A stretch of DNA of 64,000 nt from an uncultured delta proteobacterium (GTDB lineage: Bacteria; Myxococcota; Myxococcia; Myxococcales; Myxococcaceae): the NCBI GenBank assembly GCA_963776345.1, contig CAVZMH010000016.1, forward strand, positions 768,001 to 832,000. Reading direction: 5' to 3'. The notes beneath the pieces were generated by a model. That model had not been told where the DNA came from and did no database searches. It saw only the letters and a list, made by a program, of their open reading frames with translations. Within the stretch, counting starts at the first letter, position 1. The number at the start of each line of letters is the position of its first letter. The position numbers and the translations under genes were made by a program. Shown piece by piece: positions 29,729 through 40,305 of this stretch.

Positions 29729-31867
29729 ATGCCCATCTCACCCCCGCAACCCTGGACCCTGGCCGATGCCCAAGAGACGTACGGCGTTCGCAACTGGGGC
29801 GCGGGGTACTTCGGCATCAACGACAAGGGCAACGTCACCGTCCACGCAGACGGGAACGGCCGCTCGATGGACCTCAAGGACCTCGTCGAGGAGGTCCGCC
29901 GCCGCGGCATCGGACTGCCGCTCCTGATCCGCTTCACCGACGTGCTGCGCAGCCGGGTGGTGCACCTCAACGAGGCCTTCCGCCGCGCCATCGCCGAGCA
30001 CAGCTACCGGGGCGCCTACAAGGGCGTCTACCCCATCAAGGTGAACCAGCACCGGTACGTGGCCGAGACCATCGTCGAGGCTGGCAAGCCGTACGACTAC
30101 GGGCTGGAGGCCGGGAGCAAGCCCGAGCTGCTCGCGGTGATGGCGCTCCTCGACAGCGAGGAGGCCCTGATCGTCTGCAACGGCTACAAGGACGAGGAGT
30201 ACATCGAGACCGCGCTCTACGCCTCGCGGCTCGGCCGGCGGGTGGTGCTGGTGGTCGAGAAGCCGAGCGAGATCCCCCTCATCGCCGAGGTGTCGCGCCG
30301 GGTGGGCATCCGTCCGCGGATCGGCATCCGGGTGAAGCTCTCCACCCGCGGCGCCGGCAAGTGGGAGGCCTCGGGCGGCGACCGGAGCAAGTTCGGCCTG
30401 TCGTCGAGCGAGCTCCTCGACTCGATGGAGTTCATGCGGAAGGTGGGCCTCCTCGACTGCTTCGAGCTCTTGCACTTCCACCTCGGCAGCCAGGTCTCGA
30501 ACATCCGCAACTTCAAGAACGCGCTGCGCGAGGCGAGCCGCTTCTACGTCGAGATCGCCCAGGCGGGCGCGCCCTTGAAGTACCTCGACGTCGGTGGCGG
30601 TCTGGGCGTCGACTACGACGGGAGCCAGACCAACTTCACCTCGTCGATGAACTACACCACCCAGGAGTACGCCAACGACGTGGTGTTCAGCGTGCTCGAG
30701 GCCTGCAACGAGGCGAAGGTGGAGCACCCCACCCTGGTCTCGGAGTCGGGCCGGGCCGTCGTCGCGCACCACGCGGTGCTGGTGACCGAGGTGCTGGGGG
30801 TGAGCGAGTTCGACGCCCACGGCGTGCCGGACGTGCTGCCGGACGACGCCTCGCCGGTGGTGCGGAAGCTCTGGGCGACCTACCGCGAGCTGACGCGGAA
30901 GAACGTGCTCGAGGCCTACCACGACGCCACCGAGTACAAGGAGGAGTGCCTGACCCTCTTCTCGCTGGGGCACCTCACCCTCGCCGACCGGGTGGCGGCC
31001 GAGAACCTGTTCTGGGCGCTGTGCCAGAGGATCCTCCGCACCGCGCGCGAGCTCGACGAGATGCCGGAGGAGCTGGAGACGCTGGAGCGCCAGCTCGCCG
31101 ATACCTACTTCTGCAACTTCTCCGTCTTCCAGTCGCTCCCCGACAGCTGGGCCATCGACCAGCTCTTCCCGATCATGCCCATTCACCGCCTCACCGAGCG
31201 GCCCACGCGGCGGGCGGTGCTGGCGGACATCACCTGCGACTCGGACGGGAAGATCGAGCACTTCATCGACCGGCGCGACGTGAAGGACGTGCTGGAGCTG
31301 CACCCCCTCAACCAGGACGACTACTACCTCGGCATCTTCCTGGTCGGCGCGTACCAGGAGATCCTCGGCGACCTGCACAACCTGTTCGGCGACACCAACG
31401 CGGTCCAGGTGTCGCTGGGCCCGAACGGCGGGTACCTCATCGACCACGTGGTGGGCGGCGACACGGTGACCGAGGTGCTGAACTACGTCAGCTACTCCAA
31501 GGACGACCTGGTGGCCCGGGTGCGTCACTTCGCCGAGCGGGCGCTGCGCAAGGGCACGATGACCCTCGACCAGTCGCGGCAGCTCCTCCGCGCCTACGAG
31601 GACGGCCTGGCCGGGTACACCTACCTGGAGCGCGAGGTGGACGCCCCGGCCGCGGCGGCCTCGGGCCAGCTCCGGCTGGTGGAGAAGGTCGAGCCAGGCC
31701 GCTCGTCCACCGGGACCACGGCTAATCGCCGTCCGGCGTGCTCAGAGCTTCGTCGCTCGGCTGAGACACGACGGTGGCTCGCAACGCCATGGTCGCGCCG
31801 ATCCGGGGCAGCCCGCGCGGGCCTGCTATTGTCGCCTCCGCTCGGAGGGGGGGTGGTCGATGGATGA
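29729..31867 (+). CDS. speA: Biosynthetic arginine decarboxylase (true stop probably TAA at 31723-31725)
   Basis: YPIKVNQ, GLEAGSKPEL, HFHLGSQ, DVGGGLGVDYDG, DITCDSDG, GAYQEILG, YTYL. The last about 47 codons look non-coding. Confidence 0.95.
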   Translation: MPISPPQPWTLADAQETYGVRNWGAGYFGINDKGNVTVHADGNGRSMDLKDLVEEVRRRGIGLPLLIRFTDVLRSRVVHLNEAFRRAIAEHSYRGAYKGVYPIKVNQHRYVAETIVEAGKPYDYGLEAGSKPELLAVMALLDSEEALIVCNGYKDEEYIETALYASRLGRRVVLVVEKPSEIPLIAEVSRRVGIRPRIGIRVKLSTRGAGKWEASGGDRSKFGLSSSELLDSMEFMRKVGLLDCFELLHFHLGSQVSNIRNFKNALREASRFYVEIAQAGAPLKYLDVGGGLGVDYDGSQTNFTSSMNYTTQEYANDVVFSVLEACNEAKVEHPTLVSESGRAVVAHHAVLVTEVLGVSEFDAHGVPDVLPDDASPVVRKLWATYRELTRKNVLEAYHDATEYKEECLTLFSLGHLTLADRVAAENLFWALCQRILRTARELDEMPEELETLERQLADTYFCNFSVFQSLPDSWAIDQLFPIMPIHRLTERPTRRAVLADITCDSDGKIEHFIDRRDVKDVLELHPLNQDDYYLGIFLVGAYQEILGDLHNLFGDTNAVQVSLGPNGGYLIDHVVGGDTVTEVLNYVSYSKDDLVARVRHFAERALRKGTMTLDQSRQLLRAYEDGLAGYTYLEREVDAPAAAASGQLRLVEKVEPGRSSTGTTANRRPACSELRRSAETRRWLATPWSRRSGAARAGLLLSPPLGGGVVDG

Positions 31868-32422
31868 CCGGCTCGAGGTGACCGAGCTCCTGGCGCGCGC
31901 CCAGGCCGGCGACGCCGCGGCCGCGGACGCCCTCTTCCGCGCGACGTACGACGACCTCCGGCGGCTGGCCCATGCGCGCCTGGGAGCGGATCGGCGCGAT
32001 GCGCTCCTCGACACCACGGCGCTGGTTCACGAGTGGTTCGTCCGCTTCGCCCGGAGTCCGGGGCCTGAAGATCGACGACCGGCGGCACTTCATGCGCTAC
32101 GCAGCGCGGGCGATGCGGTCGATCATCGTCGACTTCGCCCGCGAGCGGAGCGCGGCTCGCCGGGGAGGCGGGGGCGAAGGCGGCCAGCTCCTCGCCGCCG
32201 CCGACGGTCAGCCGGAGCGCAGGCCGGAGGAGATCCTCAACGTCCACCGGGCGCTGGAGGAGCTCTCGGCCCGCGACGCGCGCATGGCGGAGGTGGTGGA
32301 GCTCCGGTACTTCGGCGGCCTCTCCGACCCGGAGGTCGCCGAGGCGCTGGGAGTCACCGACCGCACGGTGCGCCGCGACTGGGAGAAGGCGCGTCTCTGG
32401 CTCGTCCCAGGCTCTGAGGTGA
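31860..32422 (+). CDS. ECF43/TIGR02999-type sigma factor (two +1 frameshifts)
   Basis: YDDLRRLAH, DTTALVHE, RHFMRYAARAMRSIIVD, VVELRYFGGL, RTVRRDWEKARLWL. Removing one G (about 32062) and one C (about 32407) gives ...WLVQALR-TGA. Confidence 0.88.
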
Positions 32423-32427
32423 CCGGC

Positions 32428-35298
32428 GTGCAGTCCGGGCCCCTCGACCCCGAGGCGTGGACGGCGGTCAACCGGCTGCTCGACCAGGCCCTGGACCTGC
32501 CGGAGGCGGAGCGCGAGACGTGGCTCCAGGGACTCGGGCCGGAGCATCGACCGCACCTCGACCTGCTCCGGGACCTGCTCGCCCGCGACGCCCGGGCCTC
32601 CCCCCTCGATGCGCTCCCCTTCGTGGGCGGCGCCGAGCCGACTCGCTTCGCGCCCGGAGCGCGCGTCGGCCCGTACCACCTCGTCCGCCCGCTCGGAGAG
32701 GGCGGGATGGGCGCCGTGTGGCTGGCCGAACGGACCGACGTGATGACCCGCCGTCCGGTCGCGCTCAAGCTCCCCCACACGACGTGGCGAGGCCGCGCGC
32801 TGGCCGAGCGACTCGCGCGGGAGCGGGAGATCCTCGCCACGCTCAGCCATCCTCACATCGCCCGGCTCCTGGACGCGGGCATCGGCGAGGACGGCCAGCC
32901 CTACCTCGCGCTGGAGCTGGTGGAGGGGCAGCCGATCGACGCCTACGTGCGCGAGCGGCGGAGCCCGCTGCCGGAGAGGCTCGAGCTGTTCCTCCAGGTC
33001 TGCGACGCGGTGGCCCACGCCCACGGGAGGCTGGTCGTCCACCGGGACCTCAAGCCGTCCAACATCCTGGTCACCGCCGACGGCCAGGTCCGTCTGCTCG
33101 ACTTCGGCATCGCCAAGCTCCTCGAGGGTCCCGTCGCCCTGGAGACCGAGCTGACGGAGACCGCGGGCCGGGCGCTGACGCCGAACTACGCCTCGCCCGA
33201 GCAGCTGGCCGGTGAGCCGGTCGGGGTGGCGAGCGACGTCTACTCGCTGGGGGTCGTCCTCTACCAGCTGCTCACCGAGCGGCTGCCCTACCAGCTCCGC
33301 CGGGAGCCGCATCGCCCCCTCTCCGACGCCCTGGAGACGGTCCAGGTGACCCGGCCGAGCGAGGCGGCGCCGGACGCGGCAATGCGGCGGGCGCTGCGGG
33401 GCGACCTGGACACGGTCGTCGGCAAGGCGCTCAAGCGACGAACCGAGGAGCGGTACGCGACGGCGAACGCCCTGGCCGAGGACATCCGCCGGCACCTCAC
33501 CGGCCGTCCGGTGGAGGCCCGCCCCGACAGCGCGCTCTACCGGCTCGGGAAGGCGATCCGGCGGCACCGGGCGGCCGCCGTCGCCGCAGCCCTCGTGGCG
33601 GTCTCCGTCCTGGGCGGGGCAGCCGCGGCGTTGTGGCAAGCCCGCGTGGCGAGGGCCGAGACACGGCGGGCCGAGGAGGTGAAGCAGTTCATCACCGACA
33701 TCTTCCAGGAGGCCGACCCGTACGCGCGGCAGGGGAGGTCGCTGTCGGGGGTGGAGCTCCTCAAGCTGGCCCGTGCTCGCCTGGGCCGCCTCGACGACGC
33801 CCGGCCGGCGCTCCGGGTGGAGCTCCTGAACGTCCTCGGCTCCAGCCTGCTCGGCCTGGGGGACACCGACGCCGCCGAGGAGGTGTCGCGGGAGGCGCTG
33901 GCGGCGGCGGGTCGCCGGCTCGCCCCGGAGGACCCGCAGACGCTCCGGGCGCGACTGCTCTCCACCGACGTGCACCTGGTCCGCGGGCGCGCAGCCGAGC
34001 TGGAGGCCGAGCTCCGCTCGCTGCTTCCGCTCCTCCGGAAGCACGCCCGCGAGCAGCCGGAGGACCTGGTGCACGGGATGGAGAACGAGGCGCACCTGGC
34101 CATCGAGCAGGACCGGGGCGCCGACGCGGTGAGGGACGCCAGCGCGGCGCTCGAGCTGGCGCGGAGGACGCTCGGAGACGCGCACCCGCGAACCGTGGCC
34201 GTCGCCGCGCTGCGCGCCGAGGCCAGCCAGTACGACCCGGTGCCGCCGCGAGAGGCACTCGTCGCGGCGGAGGAGGGGCTGCGCTTCGTGACCTCGACGT
34301 ACCGGGACCAGCCCACCCATCCGCGGATCATCCATGCCCGCGAGGTCCATGCCCGCTCCCTCTCCCAGGCCGGGCTCGCCGACCGAGCACTGGAGGAGTG
34401 GGGGCACGCCCTGGCCGACGCGCGCGCGGTGCTCGGCCCAACCAGCCGCGCGGTGGGGATGATCGCCGCCAACATGGTGCCCGGCCAGCGCCGGCTGGGG
34501 TACCTCCGGGAGGCCCTGGAGAACGCCACCCTGGGGGTGGAGATCGAGCGCCGGGAGCTCAGCGCCGACTCCCGGAGCTGGGGGGTGGCGCTCACCAGGC
34601 GGGGGGTGACCTTTCTCGCCATGCGAAAGGGCAAGGAGGCGCTGGAGGACCTCTCCACGGCCACCTCCGTCCTGAGCAAGTCCTTCGGGGCCGAGAACGG
34701 AGATGCGCTGACCGCACGGATGAACCGGGCGCTGGCGCTGGCGTACGTCGGTCGGCCAGGGGAGGCGCGAGCGGAGGCGGCAACCACGCTCGCGCTGTAC
34801 GAGAAGACGATGCCGCAGTGGCTGCTCTACGGACATCTGGTCTCGGGGACGATCGAGCGCCTCGCCGGGGCTCCGGACCGAGCGAAGGAGCACCTCGAGA
34901 CGGCGCTCCGGCTGGTCCGGGACGACGGCCTCAAGGACTGGAATCGACTGCGGGTGCTGACCGAGCTCGCGCTGACCCAGCTCGACCTCGGCCAGCTCGG
35001 AGACGCCGGAGCGTCGCTCGGCGAGGCGGTCGCGCTCTCGGGCCAGCAGCAGCGGGTCGACTCGCCCATGCGCGCCGATCTCTGGATTGGCCAGGGGCGG
35101 CTGCTCCTCGCCCGCGGTCGTCCGGATGACGCGGCGACGGTGCTGGAACGAGCGGACGACTTCTGGCGGAGCTTCGATCCCACCAACCACTTCGCGATCG
35201 AGGCCCGCCGATGGCTGGCCCGGGCCCGGTCAGACAGCGGCGCGACCCCCAGCCGGCAGTCAGACCCGCCGCGCCGGCCTCGAGTTCCGGGCCGTTAG
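32428..35298 (+). CDS. Membrane Ser/Thr kinase with extracytoplasmic TPR domain
   Basis: GEGGMG, VALK, HRDLKPSN, DFG, YASPEQ, a transmembrane helix and TPR repeats. Confidence 0.9.
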   Translation: MQSGPLDPEAWTAVNRLLDQALDLPEAERETWLQGLGPEHRPHLDLLRDLLARDARASPLDALPFVGGAEPTRFAPGARVGPYHLVRPLGEGGMGAVWLAERTDVMTRRPVALKLPHTTWRGRALAERLAREREILATLSHPHIARLLDAGIGEDGQPYLALELVEGQPIDAYVRERRSPLPERLELFLQVCDAVAHAHGRLVVHRDLKPSNILVTADGQVRLLDFGIAKLLEGPVALETELTETAGRALTPNYASPEQLAGEPVGVASDVYSLGVVLYQLLTERLPYQLRREPHRPLSDALETVQVTRPSEAAPDAAMRRALRGDLDTVVGKALKRRTEERYATANALAEDIRRHLTGRPVEARPDSALYRLGKAIRRHRAAAVAAALVAVSVLGGAAAALWQARVARAETRRAEEVKQFITDIFQEADPYARQGRSLSGVELLKLARARLGRLDDARPALRVELLNVLGSSLLGLGDTDAAEEVSREALAAAGRRLAPEDPQTLRARLLSTDVHLVRGRAAELEAELRSLLPLLRKHAREQPEDLVHGMENEAHLAIEQDRGADAVRDASAALELARRTLGDAHPRTVAVAALRAEASQYDPVPPREALVAAEEGLRFVTSTYRDQPTHPRIIHAREVHARSLSQAGLADRALEEWGHALADARAVLGPTSRAVGMIAANMVPGQRRLGYLREALENATLGVEIERRELSADSRSWGVALTRRGVTFLAMRKGKEALEDLSTATSVLSKSFGAENGDALTARMNRALALAYVGRPGEARAEAATTLALYEKTMPQWLLYGHLVSGTIERLAGAPDRAKEHLETALRLVRDDGLKDWNRLRVLTELALTQLDLGQLGDAGASLGEAVALSGQQQRVDSPMRADLWIGQGRLLLARGRPDDAATVLERADDFWRSFDPTNHFAIEARRWLARARSDSGATPSRQSDPPRRPRVPGR

Positions 35299-35335
35299 GC
35301 CCCGCCCCAGGGGTCCGCGCCCCGGCGAGACCTCG

Positions 35336-35366
35336 TGTCCGGGTTTCGCCCTCGACTCCGTCTGTA
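35336..35366 (+). promoter_or_regulatory. Putative ECF-type promoter
   Basis: TGTCCG-N17-CGTCTGTA, about 45 nt upstream of the lipoprotein ATG; CGT is the typical ECF -10 core. Confidence 0.4.
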
Positions 35367-35410
35367 GGGCGGATCGGAAGGGCCTCGTGCATCGGCCCGG
35401 GAGAGTAGCG

Positions 35411-38400
35411 ATGGAGTCTCGACGGCTCGGTGGATGGCCGGGGCTCGTGATGTTCCTGGCATTCGCCGCCTGCAGCGGCGGGGGCGGGGGCGGCGCCGGC
35501 CTGATCGGCCCCGGCGGAGGAACGGTGGACGGCCCCTCGGGCGCCCGGGTGGTGGTGCCGCCAGGAGCCCTGGCCACCCCGACGCCCATCGCCGTCTCGG
35601 AGTCGAGCTCCGGGGGACCGGCTCTGCCGGCGGGCGTGACCGCGCTGGGGGCGATGTTCGCCTTCACCCCACACGGGACCCACTTCGCGGTTCCGGCGAC
35701 GATCACCGTTCCCTTCGACGCGGCGAGCTTGCCCGCGGGCGCGACGCCGGTGCTTTACAAGACCGACGCGAGTCAGACCGGGTGGGAGGTCGTCGCGGGC
35801 GCACGCGTGAGCGGCGCCACCCTCGTCGGATCCGTCGGCGGATTCTCCTACGCGGTTGCCGCAGTCCCCACCGCGCTGTTCGCGCCCACCGAGAAGTCCT
35901 GGGAGATCAACCAGCGGGACTGGCACGCAGCGCCGCTCTCCCTGGATGGAGGCACGGTCGGTGAGCCCATCAGCGTGGACGAATACTTCGGCCCCGCCCC
36001 CAGCGTGCTCCCGTACAGCGGGAGCGGCCGGTACTACAATGCCTGGGTCCATTCCAACGACTCGGGGCGGACCTTCTGGACCGAGGCGGCCGCGCCGTTG
36101 CCGGACGCCGGGAGCGGGGCGAGGTGGACCTGGGTCCAGAGCCGGCTGACCCAGACCTTCTTCTTCGAGGCCACGCAGGACAGCCCGAGCCTGAGCTTCC
36201 TGATCACCGGCCTGTTCCTGGAGGTGATCGACCAGGGCGGTCAGGAACCCGGCCCCGCCATCTGTCCCTGGATCGACGACCCTCCGACGCCGGAGCAGCG
36301 CCAGGCCTGCGCCGAGATCATGACCGAGGCAGACGCGAGCTTCCGGCTCTTCGCCAGTGGCCTCGGTCAAGGCGACTTCACCTACGACATCGGAGGCGAG
36401 GTCTTCGTGCAGGGTCAGCACGACGACTGGATCAGCGATCTCCGGACGATCGGAGCCGAGCGCATGCTCTGGACCCATGCCGACTTCGTCTTCGACCCCG
36501 ATCTCGATGGTGACTCCAGCTTCCGCCATTTTCGATTGAAGCTGGCGGAGCCGAAGACCGTCGCCCTGCCCATCGCCCACCTGCACCGGGGCGACGTCTT
36601 CCTGGTCGAGGTGACCATCCAGACCCAGGCGAAGAACGCCATCCTCGGCGAGAGCTTCGTGGGGGCCTACCTCCGCGACCCGGTGGAAAGCGGAGCGCTC
36701 GAGCTCGTCACCGACGGGCTGAAGCAGATTCCCCCGCGCAGCGACATCCCCCGCTCGCTGCCTCCGTTGACCTGCGATGGAGGAGTGGACCCGGCGGCGG
36801 GCATGCTCCAGTTCAGCGCGGAGACGTTCGCGAGTCCCGAGGGGCCGACCCCGGGCGCCGTGCTGATCGAGCGCACCGGCGGCTCTTCGGGGCCGGTGAG
36901 CGTCCGGCTGCAGACCCTGGATGGGAGCGCCCTGGCGGGAAGTGACTACCAGCCGGTGTCCACCGAGGTCCGGTTCGCCGACGGAGAGGTGGGCCCGCAG
37001 CGGGTCGAGATCCGCTTCCTCGACGACGACATGCCCGAGCCGAACGAGACCCTGACCGTCACCCTCTCGGAGATCGGCGGGTGCGCTCGGCTCGGGCCAC
37101 GCTCCACCGCCACCGTGACCGTCCTCGACGACGACCAGCTGCCTCCCCCGGCGCCCACCTACAGCGTCGGTGGCAACGTCACCGGGCTCCTCGGCACGGG
37201 CCTGGTGCTCGGTGACGTGTACGGAGCGGGGCGGCTCACGGTTGCTGGCGACGGCGCCTTCACCCTGCCCATGCCGGTGGTCGACGGCTCACCGTACGAC
37301 GTCCGGGTCGAGACCCAGCCCTCCAGCCCGACGCAGGAGTGCACGGTGACTCATGGCGCCGGACAGGTCGCCGGTGCGAACGTGACCGACGTCGCCGTGA
37401 CCTGCTCCTCGCCGCTTCCGGGTGGGGGCCTGGACCCGGGCTTCGGGAGCGACGGCCGTGCCGTCACCAGCGTGAGCTACGCCCCGGGGGTCACCGGGGC
37501 CCGGATCGGCCTGGCGCTGCAGGCCGACGGGCGGATCCTGCTGGTGGGAGGCCTGAATCTGCTCCGGTTCAACGCAGACGGGACGCTCGACCAGAGCTTC
37601 GGGACCGGGGGACAGGTCCATGTGCCCTTCGACGCGAGCGGGGCCGATACCGCGCAGGACGTCGCGGTCCAGGGCGACGGGAAGATCGTCGTGGTCGGAT
37701 TCAGCGGCACCGGAGTGCAGCAGGACTTCGCGCTCGCGCGCTTCAATCCGGACGGGACGATCGACACCGGCTTCGGGACCGGAGGGAAGACCCTCACCGA
37801 CTTCCTGGGAAGCACCGATCGGGCGCGCCGAGTCCTCCTGCAGGCGGATGGGAAGATCCTCGTCGCTGGCTTTGCAACGTTCGTCGCCTCGCCTGGCCTG
37901 GCGTCCGTGGGTTTCGCGCTGGCCAGGTACAACCCGGACGGGAGCCTGGACACGGGCTTCGGCGTGGCCGGGAAGGTCCGTGACTCGGTGGCCGGGGAAT
38001 ACGACCTGGCCCAGAGTCTCGCGCTCGATCCGGACGGAAGAATCGTCCTGGCCGGGAGCGCGGCAAACGACGGGGTCAGCAACCCGGACGTTGGACTCAT
38101 TCGCTACTGGGGCGACACCGGGCCACGCCTTCCTGGCTGGAAGGACACGACCTTCGGACCGCTCGGGACGGGCCTCCTCCAGACCGATCTTCAGCTGGCG
38201 ACCGGCTGGGAGGAGGCCGATGACGTGGCCATCCTGGCAGACGGCACCATCGCCCTCGCCGGCCGCGTCACGGTCGGGGCGACCACGGGAGGGAGAGAGT
38301 TCGCCTTCGTGCTCGGGCGCTGCGACAAGGACGGGTTCGGGTGCCAGGGCCTGCTCACCCTGTTCACCGCCGAGTCGGACAGCGCCCGCTCCATGGCGGT

Positions 38401-38665
38401 CCAGGCGGACGGGAAGATCGTCGTCGTGGGCCAGGCCGGCAGCCTGGGGAGCAATCCGGACTGGGCCATCGTCCGGTACAGCGCGGATGGGCTCGGGTAC
38501 GACACCAGCTTCGGAACGGACGGGAAGCTCACCGTCGACTTCTTCGGGGGCATCGACGGGGCCGAGGCCGTGGTTCAGCAGCCGGACGGGAAGCTGGTGA
38601 TCGGCGGGTTCGCCCGGTCGGGAGGAATCGCGGTGCTCGCCCTCGCACGGTTGAATCCGTCATGA
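35411..38665 (+). CDS. Large surface lipoprotein: ZU5-like, Calx-beta and delta-60 beta-propeller repeats
   Basis: FAAC lipobox; IGPGGGTV...PPGAL (ZU5-like); LQFSA...DGSALAGSDY...DDMPEPNET (Calx-beta); repeated QADGKIVVVG and RFNPDGTLDTGFG. Confidence 0.85.
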   Translation: MESRRLGGWPGLVMFLAFAACSGGGGGGAGLIGPGGGTVDGPSGARVVVPPGALATPTPIAVSESSSGGPALPAGVTALGAMFAFTPHGTHFAVPATITVPFDAASLPAGATPVLYKTDASQTGWEVVAGARVSGATLVGSVGGFSYAVAAVPTALFAPTEKSWEINQRDWHAAPLSLDGGTVGEPISVDEYFGPAPSVLPYSGSGRYYNAWVHSNDSGRTFWTEAAAPLPDAGSGARWTWVQSRLTQTFFFEATQDSPSLSFLITGLFLEVIDQGGQEPGPAICPWIDDPPTPEQRQACAEIMTEADASFRLFASGLGQGDFTYDIGGEVFVQGQHDDWISDLRTIGAERMLWTHADFVFDPDLDGDSSFRHFRLKLAEPKTVALPIAHLHRGDVFLVEVTIQTQAKNAILGESFVGAYLRDPVESGALELVTDGLKQIPPRSDIPRSLPPLTCDGGVDPAAGMLQFSAETFASPEGPTPGAVLIERTGGSSGPVSVRLQTLDGSALAGSDYQPVSTEVRFADGEVGPQRVEIRFLDDDMPEPNETLTVTLSEIGGCARLGPRSTATVTVLDDDQLPPPAPTYSVGGNVTGLLGTGLVLGDVYGAGRLTVAGDGAFTLPMPVVDGSPYDVRVETQPSSPTQECTVTHGAGQVAGANVTDVAVTCSSPLPGGGLDPGFGSDGRAVTSVSYAPGVTGARIGLALQADGRILLVGGLNLLRFNADGTLDQSFGTGGQVHVPFDASGADTAQDVAVQGDGKIVVVGFSGTGVQQDFALARFNPDGTIDTGFGTGGKTLTDFLGSTDRARRVLLQADGKILVAGFATFVASPGLASVGFALARYNPDGSLDTGFGVAGKVRDSVAGEYDLAQSLALDPDGRIVLAGSAANDGVSNPDVGLIRYWGDTGPRLPGWKDTTFGPLGTGLLQTDLQLATGWEEADDVAILADGTIALAGRVTVGATTGGREFAFVLGRCDKDGFGCQGLLTLFTAESDSARSMAVQADGKIVVVGQAGSLGSNPDWAIVRYSADGLGYDTSFGTDGKLTVDFFGGIDGAEAVVQQPDGKLVIGGFARSGGIAVLALARLNPS

Positions 38666-38765
38666 CGGCCCGGAGCGTGAGAGGCGGGTCGAGCCGTCGA
38701 GATGTCCTGGCCGAGGCGAGACCGCCCGACCTCGCCTTCCTTCCGGCTGCTGCGGGACGGCGCCG

Positions 38766-39185
38766 CTAGTAGTGGAACCGGACGTCCAGCTTCACGTCCG
38801 GGTGGAGGCTGCGGGCCACCGGGCAGGTGTGCGCGATCTGCTCCATCCGCTCGCGCTTGTCGGCCGGGAGCTCGGAAGGCATCCACAGCTCCACCACCAG
38901 CGTCCCGATGCGCCGCGGGGAGGGATGCATGTGCTTCTCCACCCGGCCCCGTGTCTTCCCCCAGGGGACGCTCTCCCGCCTCGCCCAGATGGCCATGGTG
39001 GTCATCATGCAGTCGAGCAGGCCGGTGGCGACCAAATCCGTGGGCGAGAAGCCCGAGGCGTCGCCGCCGTTGTCCTTCGGAGCGTCGGTGACGAAGGAAG
39101 CCCCGCTCGGACCGTGGGTCATTCGGACGTGCAACCCGCCGACGGACTCGGCGGTGATCTCGACGAAGTGCGGCTGCTCGGACAT
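38766..39185 (-). CDS. OsmC family protein
   Basis: TDAPKDNGG, FSPTDL...C, CPVARSL. Confidence 0.9.
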   Translation of the reverse strand: MSEQPHFVEITAESVGGLHVRMTHGPSGASFVTDAPKDNGGDASGFSPTDLVATGLLDCMMTTMAIWARRESVPWGKTRGRVEKHMHPSPRRIGTLVVELWMPSELPADKRERMEQIAHTCPVARSLHPDVKLDVRFHY

Positions 39186-39289
39186 CGATGACCTCCGGTG
39201 GAGTGCGCAGGGTAACGCCGGGCGGTGCGACGCTTCACGGGGTTCCTCTCGCTGGACACGCGACTGCTCGCGTCACGACACCAGGGGCC

Positions 39290-40193
39290 CGGACCCCGCT
39301 GCTGCGTGCGCGGGGCGTCCTCGAGGAGGAGGCCTTGCCGGACGGAGCGCTCGATGTCCTGCAGCTCGAGGGCATCCAGGTGCCACGGGGTGGGCCCCGT
39401 CTTCCCGCTCGCCGTCCGGGCCGCCGGAGCGCCTTCGTCGAGGGCTTCTCTCTCCACGCCGACACCTGGCTCCACGAGAATGACGTCACGGGCCTCGAGC
39501 AACTCTGCAACTACGGCGCACGCGGGCCACTCTCCCTCGAGCGGCTGTCCGCCCTGCCCGACGGACGGCTCGCTTACCGGATGAAGCGGCCCTCTCCCAA
39601 GGGGCAGACGCACCTCGTCCTCGCCCCGGTGGCCTTCCTCCGCAGGCTGGCCGCGCTCGTCCCGCCGCCCAGGGCCAACCTCGTCCGCTACTTCGGCGTC
39701 TTCGCCCCCAATGCCCGGGTGCGGCCCCGCGTCGTCCCCGCGCCTGCGCCGCTACCACAGGCACCTCTCTGCCCGGTGGCACCCGAGCCCATCCGCCCGC
39801 GGCAGCCCCGCCGCCCCATCCCCTGGGCCGAGCTCCTCCGGCGAACCTTCCAGACCGACGTCCTCACCTGCACCCGCTGCGGGGGCAGGCGCCGCGTCGT
39901 CGCCGTCGTCCTTCGCTCCACCACCGCCCAGGCCATCCTCGAGCACCTGCGGCTCCCTTCCAGGCCCCTCCCTCTCGCCCCGGCCACCTCCCCGCCCCAG
40001 CTCGGCTTCTGGTGAGTGCCGTCCGAGGTTCGAGACTCACCCCCCGCCTGACGACGGGCCACGGACTGCTCTACCCTCGGCAGCGGTGAGCACCTCCGCC
40101 CACGCCTACGGGCACCGTCGCTCTGCCCCTCGCAGGCCGAAGCCCCACGCCCCTACCCATGCCTCGGTTCGAAAACCCGGGTTGTTCTTCCTT
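39290..40193 (+). mobile_element. 5'-truncated IS91/ISCR-like transposase remnant with putative oriIS end
   Basis: GFSLHA, LEQLCNY..R, LAALVPPPRANLVRYFGVFAPN, WAELLRRTF..DVLTCTRCGG; no N-terminal Zn or HUH part. GGTTGTTCTTCCT near 40180-40192 resembles an oriIS end. Confidence 0.8.
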
Positions 40194-40230
40194 GGATCAG
40201 AAGAAGCAGACACCGAAGAAGTAGCGGTCT

Positions 40231-40305
40231 TGGGGAATCAGTCTAACGGCAGGACGGCCAGATGTCTGGATCTGGCTGCTCGAGGTTCGAATCCTGAACC
40301 CCCGA
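40231..40305 (+). pseudogene. Degenerate tRNA-Gln(CUG)-like sequence
   Basis: TGGGGAA 5' end, D arm GTC-TAACGGCAG-GAC, anticodon stem GCCAGA/TCTGGC around CTG, T loop GGTTCGAATCC. The acceptor stem is broken and there is no CCA. Confidence 0.7.

Noticed and set aside
31726..31867. C-terminal extension of SpeA
   Set aside because: It has a non-coding appearance, and one missing G before the TAA at 31723 gives a natural stop.
31972..35298. Apparent 1108-aa sigma factor-kinase fusion
   Set aside because: Two single-base insertions explain it. Correcting them gives a normal sigma ending WLVQALR-stop and a separate kinase.
40231..40305. Functional canonical tRNA-Gln
   Set aside because: The acceptor stem is mispaired, there are extra bases in several arms and there is no CCA. 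It is kept only as a pseudo-tRNA or tRNA-like element.
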